From NCBI GenBank assembly GCA_964574545.1, contig CAZNOC010000004.1, positions 1 to 53,930 of the forward strand: a stretch of DNA of 53,930 nucleotides, read 5' to 3'. Position numbers and translations under genes: made by a program. Below are positions 15,666 to 24,593 of this stretch, piece after piece. The notes beneath the pieces were generated by a model, which worked only from the letters and a program-made list of their open reading frames with translations, did no database searches and had not been told where the DNA came from. The DNA comes from an uncultured Bifidobacteriaceae bacterium. GTDB lineage: Bacteria; Acidobacteriota; Vicinamibacteria; Vicinamibacterales; UBA2999. Every line of letters starts with the position of its first letter. Position 1 is the stretch's first letter.

Positions 15666-17020
15666 CCGGGCGCGATCACGCCTTCGCAGGTGCGCGCGAG
15701 GCGAAGGAGCCGCTGCGTGCCGTGATCCTGACCCACGATCTGCAGGCCCACCGGCAGTCCCGCCGCAGTGGGCGCGCACGGCACACTGATGGCGGGGTGG
15801 CCCGAGAGGTTGAAGATCTGCGTGAGCCGGAGCATCGCGTTGCGAACGGGCTCCTCGCCCTGCTTGATTGGTACGGTGGCGGCGCCGATCGGCGGGGCGG
15901 GAATGGCGAGCGCGGGCAGCAGCAGCCCGTCACGCCCGTCGAGGGCCGCCATCACGTCGCGCCGCAGCACCTGCCGGCCCAGTTGCGCGCGCACGTAGTC
16001 CTCGGCCATCACATACCGCCCCATCTCGAGCCTGAGGCGGACGTTGGGCGTGTAGTCGCCGGGCCGGCTGTCGAGCGTCGGCGAGTGATACGACGCGGCG
16101 TCGGCGAGCACGAGGTGCAGGTAGATGGCCGCCACGTCGGCGGCGTGCGGCAGTCGCACCTCTTCGATCTCGACGCCCGCGCGCCGCAACTGCTCCACGG
16201 CCCCGAGCACCGAGGCTTCGACACCCGCGTCGATGCGGTCGAACGCGTAGTCCCGGAGCAGGCCCAGCCGGAGGCCGCGCACGGGGAGTCCCTCGAGCTG
16301 CTCGCCGGCACGCCGCGCTTCGCCCCGCATGGCCTCGAACATCAGCCAGGCGTCGGTCACGGTGCGCGCCATGGGCCCGACGTGATCGAGCTGCCGGCTG
16401 AGCGGGACCACCCGGTCGGCCGGGATGTCGTGCGCGCACGGTTTCAGCCCCACGATGCCACAGGCCGCCGCCGGAATCCTGATGGACCCGCCGGTGTCGG
16501 TGCCGACCGAGGCGATCGACATGCCCGTGCGCACGGCAATCGCCGACCCGCCGCTCGACCCGCCGGGCGACCGCGTGGGATCAAGGGGATGACGGGCAGG
16601 CCCGAAGGCGGAATCCTCGTTCGTGGTGCCGAAGGCGAACTCGTGCAGATTCGTCTTGCCGATGAACGAGACGCCCGCGCCGCGCAGGCGCCTCGTCACG
16701 ATCGCGTCGCGATCGGCCTTGTGATCCCGGCGCACGCGCGAGCCCGCGGTCGTCGGCACGCCCTCCTGGTCGATGAGGTCCTTGAGCGAGACGGGGATGC
16801 CGTGCAGCGCGCCCAGGTAGCGTCCGGCGGCGATCTCCGCGTCGGCGTGGCGCGCCGCAGCGAGGGCCTCGTCTGCCGTGACCGTGATGAACGCGTTCAG
16901 CTCCGGGTTGAGCGCGGCGACGCGGGCCAGGCACTGCTCCGCGAGGGACTCCGCCCGTACGGCGCCACGCGCCAACTGCGGCGCCATCTCCGCGATGGAC
17001 TGCGAGAGCACGTCGGTCAC
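15662..17020 (-). CDS. Amidase-signature family amidohydrolase (GatA/AtzE-like)
   Basis: AS signature GGSSGGSAIAV..SVGTDTGGSIRIPAA and a KDLIDQEGVPTTAGS segment. The GTG at 17020 overlaps the TGA of the small upstream ORF (GTGA). The N-terminal 82 aa of the track ORF are Arg-rich and look non-coding. Confidence 0.9.
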   Translation of the reverse strand: MTDVLSQSIAEMAPQLARGAVRAESLAEQCLARVAALNPELNAFITVTADEALAAARHADAEIAAGRYLGALHGIPVSLKDLIDQEGVPTTAGSRVRRDHKADRDAIVTRRLRGAGVSFIGKTNLHEFAFGTTNEDSAFGPARHPLDPTRSPGGSSGGSAIAVRTGMSIASVGTDTGGSIRIPAAACGIVGLKPCAHDIPADRVVPLSRQLDHVGPMARTVTDAWLMFEAMRGEARRAGEQLEGLPVRGLRLGLLRDYAFDRIDAGVEASVLGAVEQLRRAGVEIEEVRLPHAADVAAIYLHLVLADAASYHSPTLDSRPGDYTPNVRLRLEMGRYVMAEDYVRAQLGRQVLRRDVMAALDGRDGLLLPALAIPAPPIGAATVPIKQGEEPVRNAMLRLTQIFNLSGHPAISVPCAPTAAGLPVGLQIVGQDHGTQRLLRLARTCEGVIAPG

Positions 17021-17190
17021 CAGGCCTCCCCGCTGTCCCCAGGCGAGGGACCGTCGGCCTCGTCGTTCCAGTCCGCCGCACGGAGCGACGCGGTGGCGTT
17101 GCCCAGCGACTCGAGGAGGGCCGGGAGCCCGTCGAGTCCCCGTTGCTCGGCATCCGCGCTTGCCCACTCGAGCCAGCGCTCGAGGGTCAT
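17017..17190 (-). CDS. 57-aa acidic protein, translationally coupled on both sides; positional analogue of GatC/AtzG
   Basis: MTLERWLEWASADAEQRGLDGLPALLESLGNATASLRAADWNDEADGPSPGDSGEAW. Its ATG overlaps the upstream TGA (ATGA), and its TGA overlaps the amidase GTG. Confidence 0.5.
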   Translation of the reverse strand: MTLERWLEWASADAEQRGLDGLPALLESLGNATASLRAADWNDEADGPSPGDSGEAW

Positions 17191-17534
17191 GCCGGCACCT
17201 CGATCTCGTCGAGTGTCGCGATCGCGCGCCGCAGGTGCGGGATGACGATGGAGCCGCCGACGACAAGCGCGACGTTGAACGCCTCGAGAAAGGCCGCGCG
17301 GGTGACCCCTTCCTCCCGGCACCGCACGATGTGATAGGTGATGCAATCGTCGCACCGGAGCACCATCGAGGCGACCAGGCCCATCAGCTCCTTCGTCTGT
17401 GTCGGCAGCGCGCCCGGTTCGTAGGCGCGGGTGTCGAGCGCGAAGAATCGCTTGATCTCGAGGTTGTCCGACTCGAGAATCCGCGCGTTCATCTTCTCGC
17501 GAAACTCCCGGAACTCCTTCAGCGGCTCACTCAT
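17187..17534 (-). CDS. Carboxymuconolactone decarboxylase / AhpD-like family protein
   Basis: CxxC..H motif RCDDCITYH. The ATG at 17534 is preceded by AAGGGAGA. 115 aa. Confidence 0.85.
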   Translation of the reverse strand: MSEPLKEFREFREKMNARILESDNLEIKRFFALDTRAYEPGALPTQTKELMGLVASMVLRCDDCITYHIVRCREEGVTRAAFLEAFNVALVVGGSIVIPHLRRAIATLDEIEVPA

Positions 17535-17547
17535 GTTCCGTCTCCCT

Positions 17548-18201
17548 TCACGGTGTGATCCTGACCGACACCGCCACGCCGTCTCCCACCGGCAGGAACG
17601 ACGTGTACAGCCGCGGATCGTCTGCGAGGCGCTGGTTGTAGGCAGCAATCGCCGCCGTATCCTCCGGCTCCCGCCTGGGCGGCGTCACGAAGCCCGGCAC
17701 CACTTCGCCGTCCCAGAGCATGTTGTCGGTGACCAGCACGCCGCGAGGGGCGAGCAGCGAGACGAGCCTGTCGAGCATCGACGCGTACTGGCCTTTGTCA
17801 CCGTCCTGGAAGATCAGATCGAACGGTCCGGCGATCTTGTGCAGGTAGCGGCTCGCGTCCCCGATCATCACGCTGACGCGCGCGTCCACGCCGGCGGCCT
17901 CGAAGTGCCGTCGCGCGGCTTCGGCCCGGTCCGCCTGCCGCTCCAGGGTGATCAGCCGTCCGTCGGGCGGCAGCGCCGTCGCCATCCACGTCGCGGAGTA
18001 CCCGATGGCCGTCCCCACCTCGAGGATGCGCCTGGCGCCTGCGACCCGTACGAGCGTGTGGAGCAGCGCGCCCGTGGCGGCGTCGACGATGGGCAGGCCG
18101 TGGGCGCGCCCCTCCGCGGCGATGTCCGCGAGGTGCGGATGCGGCAGCCGTCGCAACAGGCCGAGGTAATCGGCAATGGGGACCGGGGTGATCTGGCTCA
18201 T
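17548..18201 (-). CDS. Class I SAM-dependent O-methyltransferase (caffeoyl-CoA OMT / YrrM-like)
   Basis: SAM-binding motif ILEVGTAIGYSATWMA and DLIFQDGDK. 217 aa from MSQITPV. The 420-aa upstream extension in the track is a shadow of pyk on the opposite strand. Confidence 0.9.
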   Translation of the reverse strand: MSQITPVPIADYLGLLRRLPHPHLADIAAEGRAHGLPIVDAATGALLHTLVRVAGARRILEVGTAIGYSATWMATALPPDGRLITLERQADRAEAARRHFEAAGVDARVSVMIGDASRYLHKIAGPFDLIFQDGDKGQYASMLDRLVSLLAPRGVLVTDNMLWDGEVVPGFVTPPRREPEDTAAIAAYNQRLADDPRLYTSFLPVGDGVAVSVRITP

Positions 18202-18228
18202 CCGAACAAGCGATTGTAAGCTGGTCGC

Positions 18229-19635
18229 GTGCGACACACAAAAATCATCGCGACACTCGGACCTGCCACACGCACAGACGAGGCGATTGATGCGCTCGTC
18301 GACGCGGGCGTGGACGTGTTCCGGCTCAACTTCTCGCACGGCACGCACGAGGGCCACGCCGACGTCTTCCAGCGCGTCCGCCGATCGGCAGCGCGCGCAG
18401 GGCGGCATGTCGCGATCCTGCAGGATCTGAGCGGCCCGAAGATCCGCACCGGGCGGCTCGCCGGAGGCGGGCCGGTGGAGCTCGTTGCGGGACGGACGTT
18501 GACGATCGTGTTCGGTGACGGCGCAGGCACGGCCGAGGTCGTGTCGACCACCTACAGGCCGCTCGCGACCGCCGTGTCCCCGGGCGACCGCCTGCTCCTC
18601 GACGACGGCCGGATCGAACTGGAGGTGGTGGAGGGAGGCGAAGCCGGCATCCGGACGAGGATCATCGACGGCGGGCCGCTCGGGGAGCACAAGGGCATCA
18701 ATGCCCCGAACGTGCCGCTGCCTGCCGTGGGCGTGACGACGAAGGACGCGGAGGACCTGGCGTTCGGCCTGTCGCTCGGCGTGGACCTCGTCGCGCTGAG
18801 CTTCGTTCAGTCGGCGGGCGACCTGCAGCGCGCCCGGCAACTGGCAGACCTCGCGGGCCGGCCCGATGTCCCGCTCATCGCGAAGATCGAACGCCCCGAG
18901 GCCGTGGCGCGGCTCGACGAAGTGATGGCCGCGGCGGACGCCGTGATGGTGGCGCGCGGCGACCTCGGGCTCGAGCTGCCGATGGCCGAGGTGCCGCGCG
19001 TGCAGCGGGAGATCCTGCGGATGGGCCGGCAGCACGGCGTGCCCGTCATCGTCGCCACGCAGGTGCTCGAGTCGATGCGCACCCAGATGCGTCCCACGCG
19101 CGCGGAGGTGAGCGATGCGGCCGGGGCGGTGGACGGTGGCGCCGACGCCATCATGCTGTCCGGCGAGACCGCGATCGGGGCGTATCCGACCCGGGCCGTG
19201 CAGGTGCTCGACAGCATCATCCGCGCGGCGGAGTCGATCCCCGCCGTGGATCAGCCGCCGCCCACCAGCCGCGATGCCGACCACATCCCGGCGCTCTGCG
19301 ACGCGGCCGTGATGCTCGCCAACCAGGGCCGTGCCGACGCCCTGGTCGCCGTGACGCGCCGGGGGAGGACGGCGCGGCTGCTTTCGGCCCGGCGGCCGAG
19401 GGCGCTGATCTATGCCGCGACCGAACGGGAGGACGTCGCGCGCCGGCTCGCTCTGTGGCACGGCGTCGTGCCGCTGACCGCCCCAATCGAAGGCGACGTG
19501 GACGACGTGGCCACTAGCGTGGTTGCCCGCATTCGCGATGGCGGCCTGCCCGGCGGTTCCACGGTTGTGTTCGTCAACGCCAGCCTCGATCTCACCCGCG
19601 ACGCCGCCAATTTCGTGAGGATCAAGAAGGTGTAG
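18229..19635 (+). CDS. pyk: Pyruvate kinase
   Basis: TKIIATLGPAT, RLNFSHG, MVARGDLGLELP. 468 aa. GTG start. Confidence 0.95.
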   Translation: MRHTKIIATLGPATRTDEAIDALVDAGVDVFRLNFSHGTHEGHADVFQRVRRSAARAGRHVAILQDLSGPKIRTGRLAGGGPVELVAGRTLTIVFGDGAGTAEVVSTTYRPLATAVSPGDRLLLDDGRIELEVVEGGEAGIRTRIIDGGPLGEHKGINAPNVPLPAVGVTTKDAEDLAFGLSLGVDLVALSFVQSAGDLQRARQLADLAGRPDVPLIAKIERPEAVARLDEVMAAADAVMVARGDLGLELPMAEVPRVQREILRMGRQHGVPVIVATQVLESMRTQMRPTRAEVSDAAGAVDGGADAIMLSGETAIGAYPTRAVQVLDSIIRAAESIPAVDQPPPTSRDADHIPALCDAAVMLANQGRADALVAVTRRGRTARLLSARRPRALIYAATEREDVARRLALWHGVVPLTAPIEGDVDDVATSVVARIRDGGLPGGSTVVFVNASLDLTRDAANFVRIKKV

Positions 19636-19653
19636 GACTGTGCGCCATCCGTG

Positions 19654-20841
19654 TCAGATCGTCGCGCCGTCGTGAACGAGCGCGCCGCGTTCGAAGCGAT
19701 CGGGCGCGAAGAGGTCCACATCGAACGTCTCGGAGCGCCCGACGCGGACCAGCTCGGAGACGATCTTCCCGGTGGCCGGCGACATCATCAGGCCGTGGCC
19801 GCTGAAGCCGCAGGCCATGATGAAGCCGGCAAGGGCCGGGTGCTCGCCGATCACGGGATTGTGGTCGGGGGTCATCTCGTACAATCCGGCCCATGCCACC
19901 ACGTCGCTGACGTCACGGAGTGCCGGCAGCCGGCGGATGAGCGCCGGGTGCACCTCTCGCGCCCACCGCGTGCCGTCCGCGTCGAAGTTCTCTCCGGCGG
20001 CCTCGCCCCAGTTCGTATAGGCCACGATGATTCCGTCGCGGTCGTCCGCCGCCACCGGGTCGTCATGCCGCCAGTGCACGCCGCAGGGGTCCACGATCAT
20101 CGGAAAGCGGTAGGGCCAGTGGTGCGGAAGCGTGGCGCGGAACAGCATCTGCCGGAGCGGCTCCACGGGCACCGGGACGCCGGCGAGCGCGGCGACCCGC
20201 CCGGCCCAGGCGCCAGCGGCGTTGACGACCACCGGCGCCTGGATCTCGCGGCCGCTCGCGAGGCGCACGCCCGCCACGCGTGCGCCGGTCCGGTGGACCG
20301 CCACGACCTCGTCCTCGACGTATTCGGCGCCCGCGGCCGTCGCCGCGTGCCGGAGGCCGGCCAGCACCTCACGCGGGTTCGCGTACCCGTCCTCAGGGCC
20401 GAGAAATCCGAACACGATGTCGTCCAGCACCACGTCCGGCACGAGCGCCCTCAGCTCGTCGCGGGAGAGCAGGCGCGCGAGCGCCCCGGCGCGCTGCTGG
20501 GCCTCGAAGCGTTCCCACAGCCCGGCCGATGAAGGCTCATCGGCGAGAAACAGGTATCCGCGCTGGCGAAACCAGGCGCGGGGCGTGTGGCCGGGCACGG
20601 CCATCCGCGTGTCGAAGGCCTTCCATAGCTCCACGCTGAACTGCACCATCTGGACCGTCACCGGCGTGCAGAACTGTTGCCGGATGCCGCCCATCGCGAG
20701 GAAGGCGGACGCGCGCGCGTAGGTGGAATCCCGTTCGATGACCAGGAGGCGCCCGCGGTGGCCGTCCCGCCGCAGGTGCCACGCCGCGCTGGACCCGACC
20801 ACGCCGCCGCCGATGATGACGACGTCCGCAGTGTTGCTCAC
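19654..20841 (-). CDS. FAD-dependent oxidoreductase (DAO family: sarcosine / D-amino-acid / glycine oxidase-like)
   Basis: Dinucleotide-binding motif DVVIIGGGVVGSSAAWHL. GTG 20841 overlaps the permease TGA (GTGA). C-terminal GFSGHGLMMSPATG. Confidence 0.9.
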   Translation of the reverse strand: MSNTADVVIIGGGVVGSSAAWHLRRDGHRGRLLVIERDSTYARASAFLAMGGIRQQFCTPVTVQMVQFSVELWKAFDTRMAVPGHTPRAWFRQRGYLFLADEPSSAGLWERFEAQQRAGALARLLSRDELRALVPDVVLDDIVFGFLGPEDGYANPREVLAGLRHAATAAGAEYVEDEVVAVHRTGARVAGVRLASGREIQAPVVVNAAGAWAGRVAALAGVPVPVEPLRQMLFRATLPHHWPYRFPMIVDPCGVHWRHDDPVAADDRDGIIVAYTNWGEAAGENFDADGTRWAREVHPALIRRLPALRDVSDVVAWAGLYEMTPDHNPVIGEHPALAGFIMACGFSGHGLMMSPATGKIVSELVRVGRSETFDVDLFAPDRFERGALVHDGATI

Positions 20842-22310
20842 CCGTTCACTTCCTTCACGGTGGTGCGTCGGGACCACCAGTAGAAGCACAGGCCGACCCC
20901 CAGGACGCCGGCGGCCTGGCCCACGAGATTGGCTTCGTAGCTCAGGACGCTGGCCGTCCCTGCGGGCGGCACGAACACAAGGCCGATGGCCACGACGGTG
21001 GCGAAGAACCCGCACGCCGTGACCGCCCAGGCGCCGAGCCATCCGCCTGGCACGCGCGCGTCGCTCGTCTCCGGCGCCCGCGTGGCATCGTCCAGGCGGC
21101 GCAGCCTGATGAAGGACGCGAAGAGGTACAGGTAGGGTACGAAGTACAACAGGATGGTGAGGTTCACCAGGATGTCGTACGCCTCCTGGATCGAGGTTTC
21201 CTCTCCACCGAGCGTAACGAACACGCTGGCGAGGAACAGGGCCGAGGCGGCCGCGGCCTGCGCGAGGAGTGCCACGTGCGGCGTTCGGAATCGCGGGTGG
21301 AGGCGGCCGAACGCGGCCGGCAGTGCCCGGTCCACGCCGACCGCGAACGGCACACGCGCGGCGCCGGCCACCCACGAACTCGTGCCGCCGATCGTCCCGA
21401 TGGCCAGCAGCAGGCCCGTGAGGGCGCCAAGGCCCGCGAGCCCAAGGCGGCCGGTCACGACGTCCACGGCATCGGTGATGCCGCTCAGCTCGGAGAGTTC
21501 CGACGCAGGGACCGCGACCAGCACGGACGAGGAGCCGAGGATGTAGACGCCCGTGATGGCCACGCCCGACAGCACGATGCCTCGGGGAATGGTCCGTTTC
21601 GGATCGCGCACCTCCTGCCCGACCATCGACGAGATCTCGAAGCCCGAGAAGGCGAAGCACATCGCCGACCACAGGCTGAGCGTGCCCCAGAAGTCGTCGC
21701 GCGGCACGAGCGCCTCCGGCGCGAACGAGGTCGCCGACCCGAACATCACGAACGCCGCGGCGCCGCAGGCGATGAGCAGCATCGCGGGAATCCACGTCGC
21801 GAGGCCGCCGACGTTCTGGACCCACTTGGCGGCCGACAGACCCACGACGTTCAGTCCGGTCGTGAGCCACAGCCAGCCGAGCACGAAAACGACGGCGTAG
21901 AGCCGGCTGTCGGCAAGCGCGGGGAAGGGGCCGGAGACGAGCCAGGCGGCGTTCGCCGCGCCGAAGAGCAGGAGTGACGGGAAGTAGAAGAGGTTGTTGA
22001 CCCAGAGGCACCAGCCGCAGATGAAGCCGTGCAGGGGGCCGAAGGCGCGCCGGGTCCAGACGTAGATGCCCCCCTGCGCCGGGTCCCGGCTGGACAGTTC
22101 GGCCAGGGCGGCGGCGAGTGGCAGGAAGAAGACCGACCCGGCCAGCGTCCAGAGCGTGACCGACGGCGCGCCGACGCGGGCACTGCGCGCAATCCACCGC
22201 AACCCCACGACCGCCACGATGTTCATGGCGACGACGTCCCAGAGGCCGAGCGACTTGATCAGCCCCGGATCGCGCGTCGTGTCGGCGGGAGCCTCGGCCA
22301 CGATGGTCAC
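20838..22310 (-). CDS. APC-superfamily amino acid / polyamine permease
   Basis: About 12 TM segments with an N-terminal LWDVVAMNIVAVVGLRW..GGIYVWTRRAFG pattern. The start may instead be GTG 22301, which has GAGGG 8 nt upstream. Confidence 0.9.
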   Translation of the reverse strand: MTIVAEAPADTTRDPGLIKSLGLWDVVAMNIVAVVGLRWIARSARVGAPSVTLWTLAGSVFFLPLAAALAELSSRDPAQGGIYVWTRRAFGPLHGFICGWCLWVNNLFYFPSLLLFGAANAAWLVSGPFPALADSRLYAVVFVLGWLWLTTGLNVVGLSAAKWVQNVGGLATWIPAMLLIACGAAAFVMFGSATSFAPEALVPRDDFWGTLSLWSAMCFAFSGFEISSMVGQEVRDPKRTIPRGIVLSGVAITGVYILGSSSVLVAVPASELSELSGITDAVDVVTGRLGLAGLGALTGLLLAIGTIGGTSSWVAGAARVPFAVGVDRALPAAFGRLHPRFRTPHVALLAQAAAASALFLASVFVTLGGEETSIQEAYDILVNLTILLYFVPYLYLFASFIRLRRLDDATRAPETSDARVPGGWLGAWAVTACGFFATVVAIGLVFVPPAGTASVLSYEANLVGQAAGVLGVGLCFYWWSRRTTVKEVNG

Positions 22311-22319
22311 CCTCGGCGC

Positions 22320-22817
22320 CTACTTGCGGTACGTCTCGGCTTCGAGGTGCTGCCGCAGCGCCTCGAGCGCGTGGGTCCAGCCCGCCGAGACGATCTCGAA
22401 GTAGCGCGCCCAGCGCTCCTCTTCTCCGTCGGTCTCGTCGGCGCTCTGGCGTACGGTCAACGTGGTGATGCCGCCCCGTCCCTGGGGTCTGCAGATCACC
22501 TCGAGCGCCATGGGACCGAGCGGAAGACCCCGGGGCGGATGCCAGTGGGCGTCGGCGACGAAGAGTTCCCGGTCCTCCAGGTACTCCATGACGGTGCCCT
22601 GAAACGCCCCTCCCAGCGGGCCCAGCACCTCATCGTGGGTGTCAGCGACGCCCCAGTCCACGACGTAGGTGCCCAGGGGCCGCGTCAGAGCCACGGACCT
22701 GGCGACCTGCCACCACACAGCAAGGTCGGCGTGCTCGACGAAGGCGCGGAGCACGCGGGCGGGCCTCGCGTGGATGACGATCGTCTGCTCGAAGCGCAGC
22801 GGGGTGGCGTCGGCCAT
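22320..22817 (-). CDS. SRPBCC-superfamily protein (AHSA1/START-like)
   Basis: 165 aa. Typical pattern IHARPARVLRAFVEHADLAVWW .. and a C-terminal helix WARYFEIVSAGWTHALEALRQHLE. TGATG overlap with the upstream gene. Confidence 0.75.
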   Translation of the reverse strand: MADATPLRFEQTIVIHARPARVLRAFVEHADLAVWWQVARSVALTRPLGTYVVDWGVADTHDEVLGPLGGAFQGTVMEYLEDRELFVADAHWHPPRGLPLGPMALEVICRPQGRGGITTLTVRQSADETDGEEERWARYFEIVSAGWTHALEALRQHLEAETYRK

Positions 22818-23983
22818 CAGTCGTACCGGAGGACGTCCTGCCTGATCGCGAGGAAGGCCCCGGCTGCGCCGGCCCATCCCTCGACGATCTCTGCCGCGGG
22901 CACGCCGCGGTCGAGGGCCGTGCGCAGCGACGAGGATCCCGCCAGGATGTCGATGGGCTGCAGCCGCTGCTCGTACTCGTACGGCGGCGGGCGCCACGCG
23001 AAGCTCGACGCGCCGGCGTCACGCACGGCCTCGATCAGCGCGACCCCGGTGGCGACGGGCAGGAAGCGCTGGCGATCGATCACGTGCATCTGGCAGCCGC
23101 CGCACCTGGTGCGCGCATGCTTCTGGAACGTGGGCTCGAAATCCGCCGGCCGGAAGTGCACGCCGGGCAGGCCCCGACCATTGAGGCCCTCGGCAAATCG
23201 CTCCGACTCGATCCATGGCGCCCCGACGATCTCGAACGGCCGCGTCGTGCCCCGGCCTTCGGAGGCGTTGGTGCCCTCGAAGAGGACCGTGCCGGGATAG
23301 ACCACTGCGCTGTCGAGCGTGGGGATGTTCGGCGAAGGCATGACCCACGGCAGCCCGGTGTCGTCCCAGTACATCTCCCGGCGCCAGCCCGACATCGGCA
23401 CGACCTCGAGGTCCGCGCCGATGCCGAACTGCGTGTTGAACAGCCGCGCCAGCTCTCCGATCGTCATCCCGTGACGCATCGGCATCGGAAACTGACCGAC
23501 GAACGATTCGAATCCGGCCTCGAGCAGCGGACCCTCGACGGCCGCCCCGCCAATCGGATTCGGCCGGTCGCACACGATCACGGGCACGCCGTGCCGCCGG
23601 CACGCACGCAGGCAGTTGGCCATCGTGTAGATGTAGGTGTAGATCCGCGCGCCGATGTCCTGCAGGTCGATGACCAGCGTGTCGAGCTCGGCCAGCATCT
23701 CGGGCAGGGGCTCCCGCGTCTCGCTGTACAGGGAGTAGACGGGCACGCGTCGTTTCGCGTCGTGCGCGTGCGGCGACTCGATCATGTTGTCCTGCACGTC
23801 GGCGCTGAAGCCGTGCTGCGGGCCGAAGATCGCCTGGAGCCGCACATCCGGAGCGGCCCCCAGACGGTCCACGACGTGACGGAAGCGATGGTCGAGAGAG
23901 GCGGGGTTGGCGACAATCCCGACCCGGAGGCCGCCAAGGCGGCCCGAGTCGATCAACCGCGTGGATCCGAGGGTGACCGGCAC
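22817..23983 (-). CDS. DUF1343 family protein (YzbB/NamZ-like putative exo-muramidase)
   Basis: LRVGIVANPAS, IFGPQHGF, DLQDIGARIYTYIYTM, GQFPMPMRHGMTIGE. The start was set at GTG 23983 (VPVTLGSTRL), consistent with family N-termini; upstream residues in the track ORF are Arg/Gly-rich. Confidence 0.85.
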   Translation of the reverse strand: MPVTLGSTRLIDSGRLGGLRVGIVANPASLDHRFRHVVDRLGAAPDVRLQAIFGPQHGFSADVQDNMIESPHAHDAKRRVPVYSLYSETREPLPEMLAELDTLVIDLQDIGARIYTYIYTMANCLRACRRHGVPVIVCDRPNPIGGAAVEGPLLEAGFESFVGQFPMPMRHGMTIGELARLFNTQFGIGADLEVVPMSGWRREMYWDDTGLPWVMPSPNIPTLDSAVVYPGTVLFEGTNASEGRGTTRPFEIVGAPWIESERFAEGLNGRGLPGVHFRPADFEPTFQKHARTRCGGCQMHVIDRQRFLPVATGVALIEAVRDAGASSFAWRPPPYEYEQRLQPIDILAGSSSLRTALDRGVPAAEIVEGWAGAAGAFLAIRQDVLRYD

Positions 23984-24053
23984 CCCGCGATTATATCGAT
24001 GACGGCGTCCCGACCCCCTTGCTCCCCCGCCGATGAACCGGCATGCTTGACAC

Positions 24054-24593
24054 ATGAGCGAAGGACTACGCCGCTGCCGGGCCCGAACACACCTCCGCTG
24101 CGGGGTCGGAGCCGTTCTCGTGGCCGCCACGCTGTCGGCCTGCGGCGGCGCGACCGGCCGGGTCCAGACGGCCCCCGAGTCCGCGTCCGCTCCCGTGCGC
24201 GTCGATCAGCAGATGCTCGGGCAGTGGGAGCTGGTGTCCCTCGAAGTGCAGCGGGACGGCCAGGCCGTGCGGAGGAGCGCCCATGGCGAACTGAGTTACG
24301 ACGAGTTTGCCAACCTCAGCGTTCGTGTCGAGCTGTCGCCCCAGGATCCGTCGGTGTCGCCGCCACGGGTCGTGCTGCTCGACTTCATCGCGAAGGCGTC
24401 GCCCGATCGGGCACGGGGCGAGCTCGCCTACGTCGGACTCCAGCCGCGCAGTCCCGCGGACCGGCTGGTACCGGATGCCGTCGACGCCTCGGAGTGGCGG
24501 CACTTCGACCTCCAGGGGGAAGTGCTCCGCCTCTCGGTCGTGGAAAACGGGCGGACGGTTGCGACCCTCACGTGGCGTCGCGCTGGCCAGTGA
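24054..24593 (+). CDS. Hypothetical lipoprotein
   Basis: Lipobox-like signal VLVAATLSAC, followed by a beta-rich body. The 3' end overlaps the convergent ClC gene by 26 nt. Confidence 0.6.
   Translation: MSEGLRRCRARTHLRCGVGAVLVAATLSACGGATGRVQTAPESASAPVRVDQQMLGQWELVSLEVQRDGQAVRRSAHGELSYDEFANLSVRVELSPQDPSVSPPRVVLLDFIAKASPDRARGELAYVGLQPRSPADRLVPDAVDASEWRHFDLQGEVLRLSVVENGRTVATLTWRRAGQ

Noticed and set aside
17548-19461. Long N-terminal extensions of real genes in the ORF track: 17548..19461, 19654..22197, 46102..47877, 26292..27971, 30390..31997, 5032..5868, 15662..17266.
   Set aside because: Only the C-terminal parts carry family motifs. The extensions overlap well-supported genes on the other strand or in another frame. 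Internal starts with an SD or a 1-4 nt overlap fit the expected protein lengths.
23984-24055. ATG 24055 (MCQACRFIGGGARGSG..) as the DUF1343 start.
   Set aside because: The extra 24 residues look neither like a signal peptide nor like the family N-terminus. GTG 23983 gives the typical start, though this remains uncertain.
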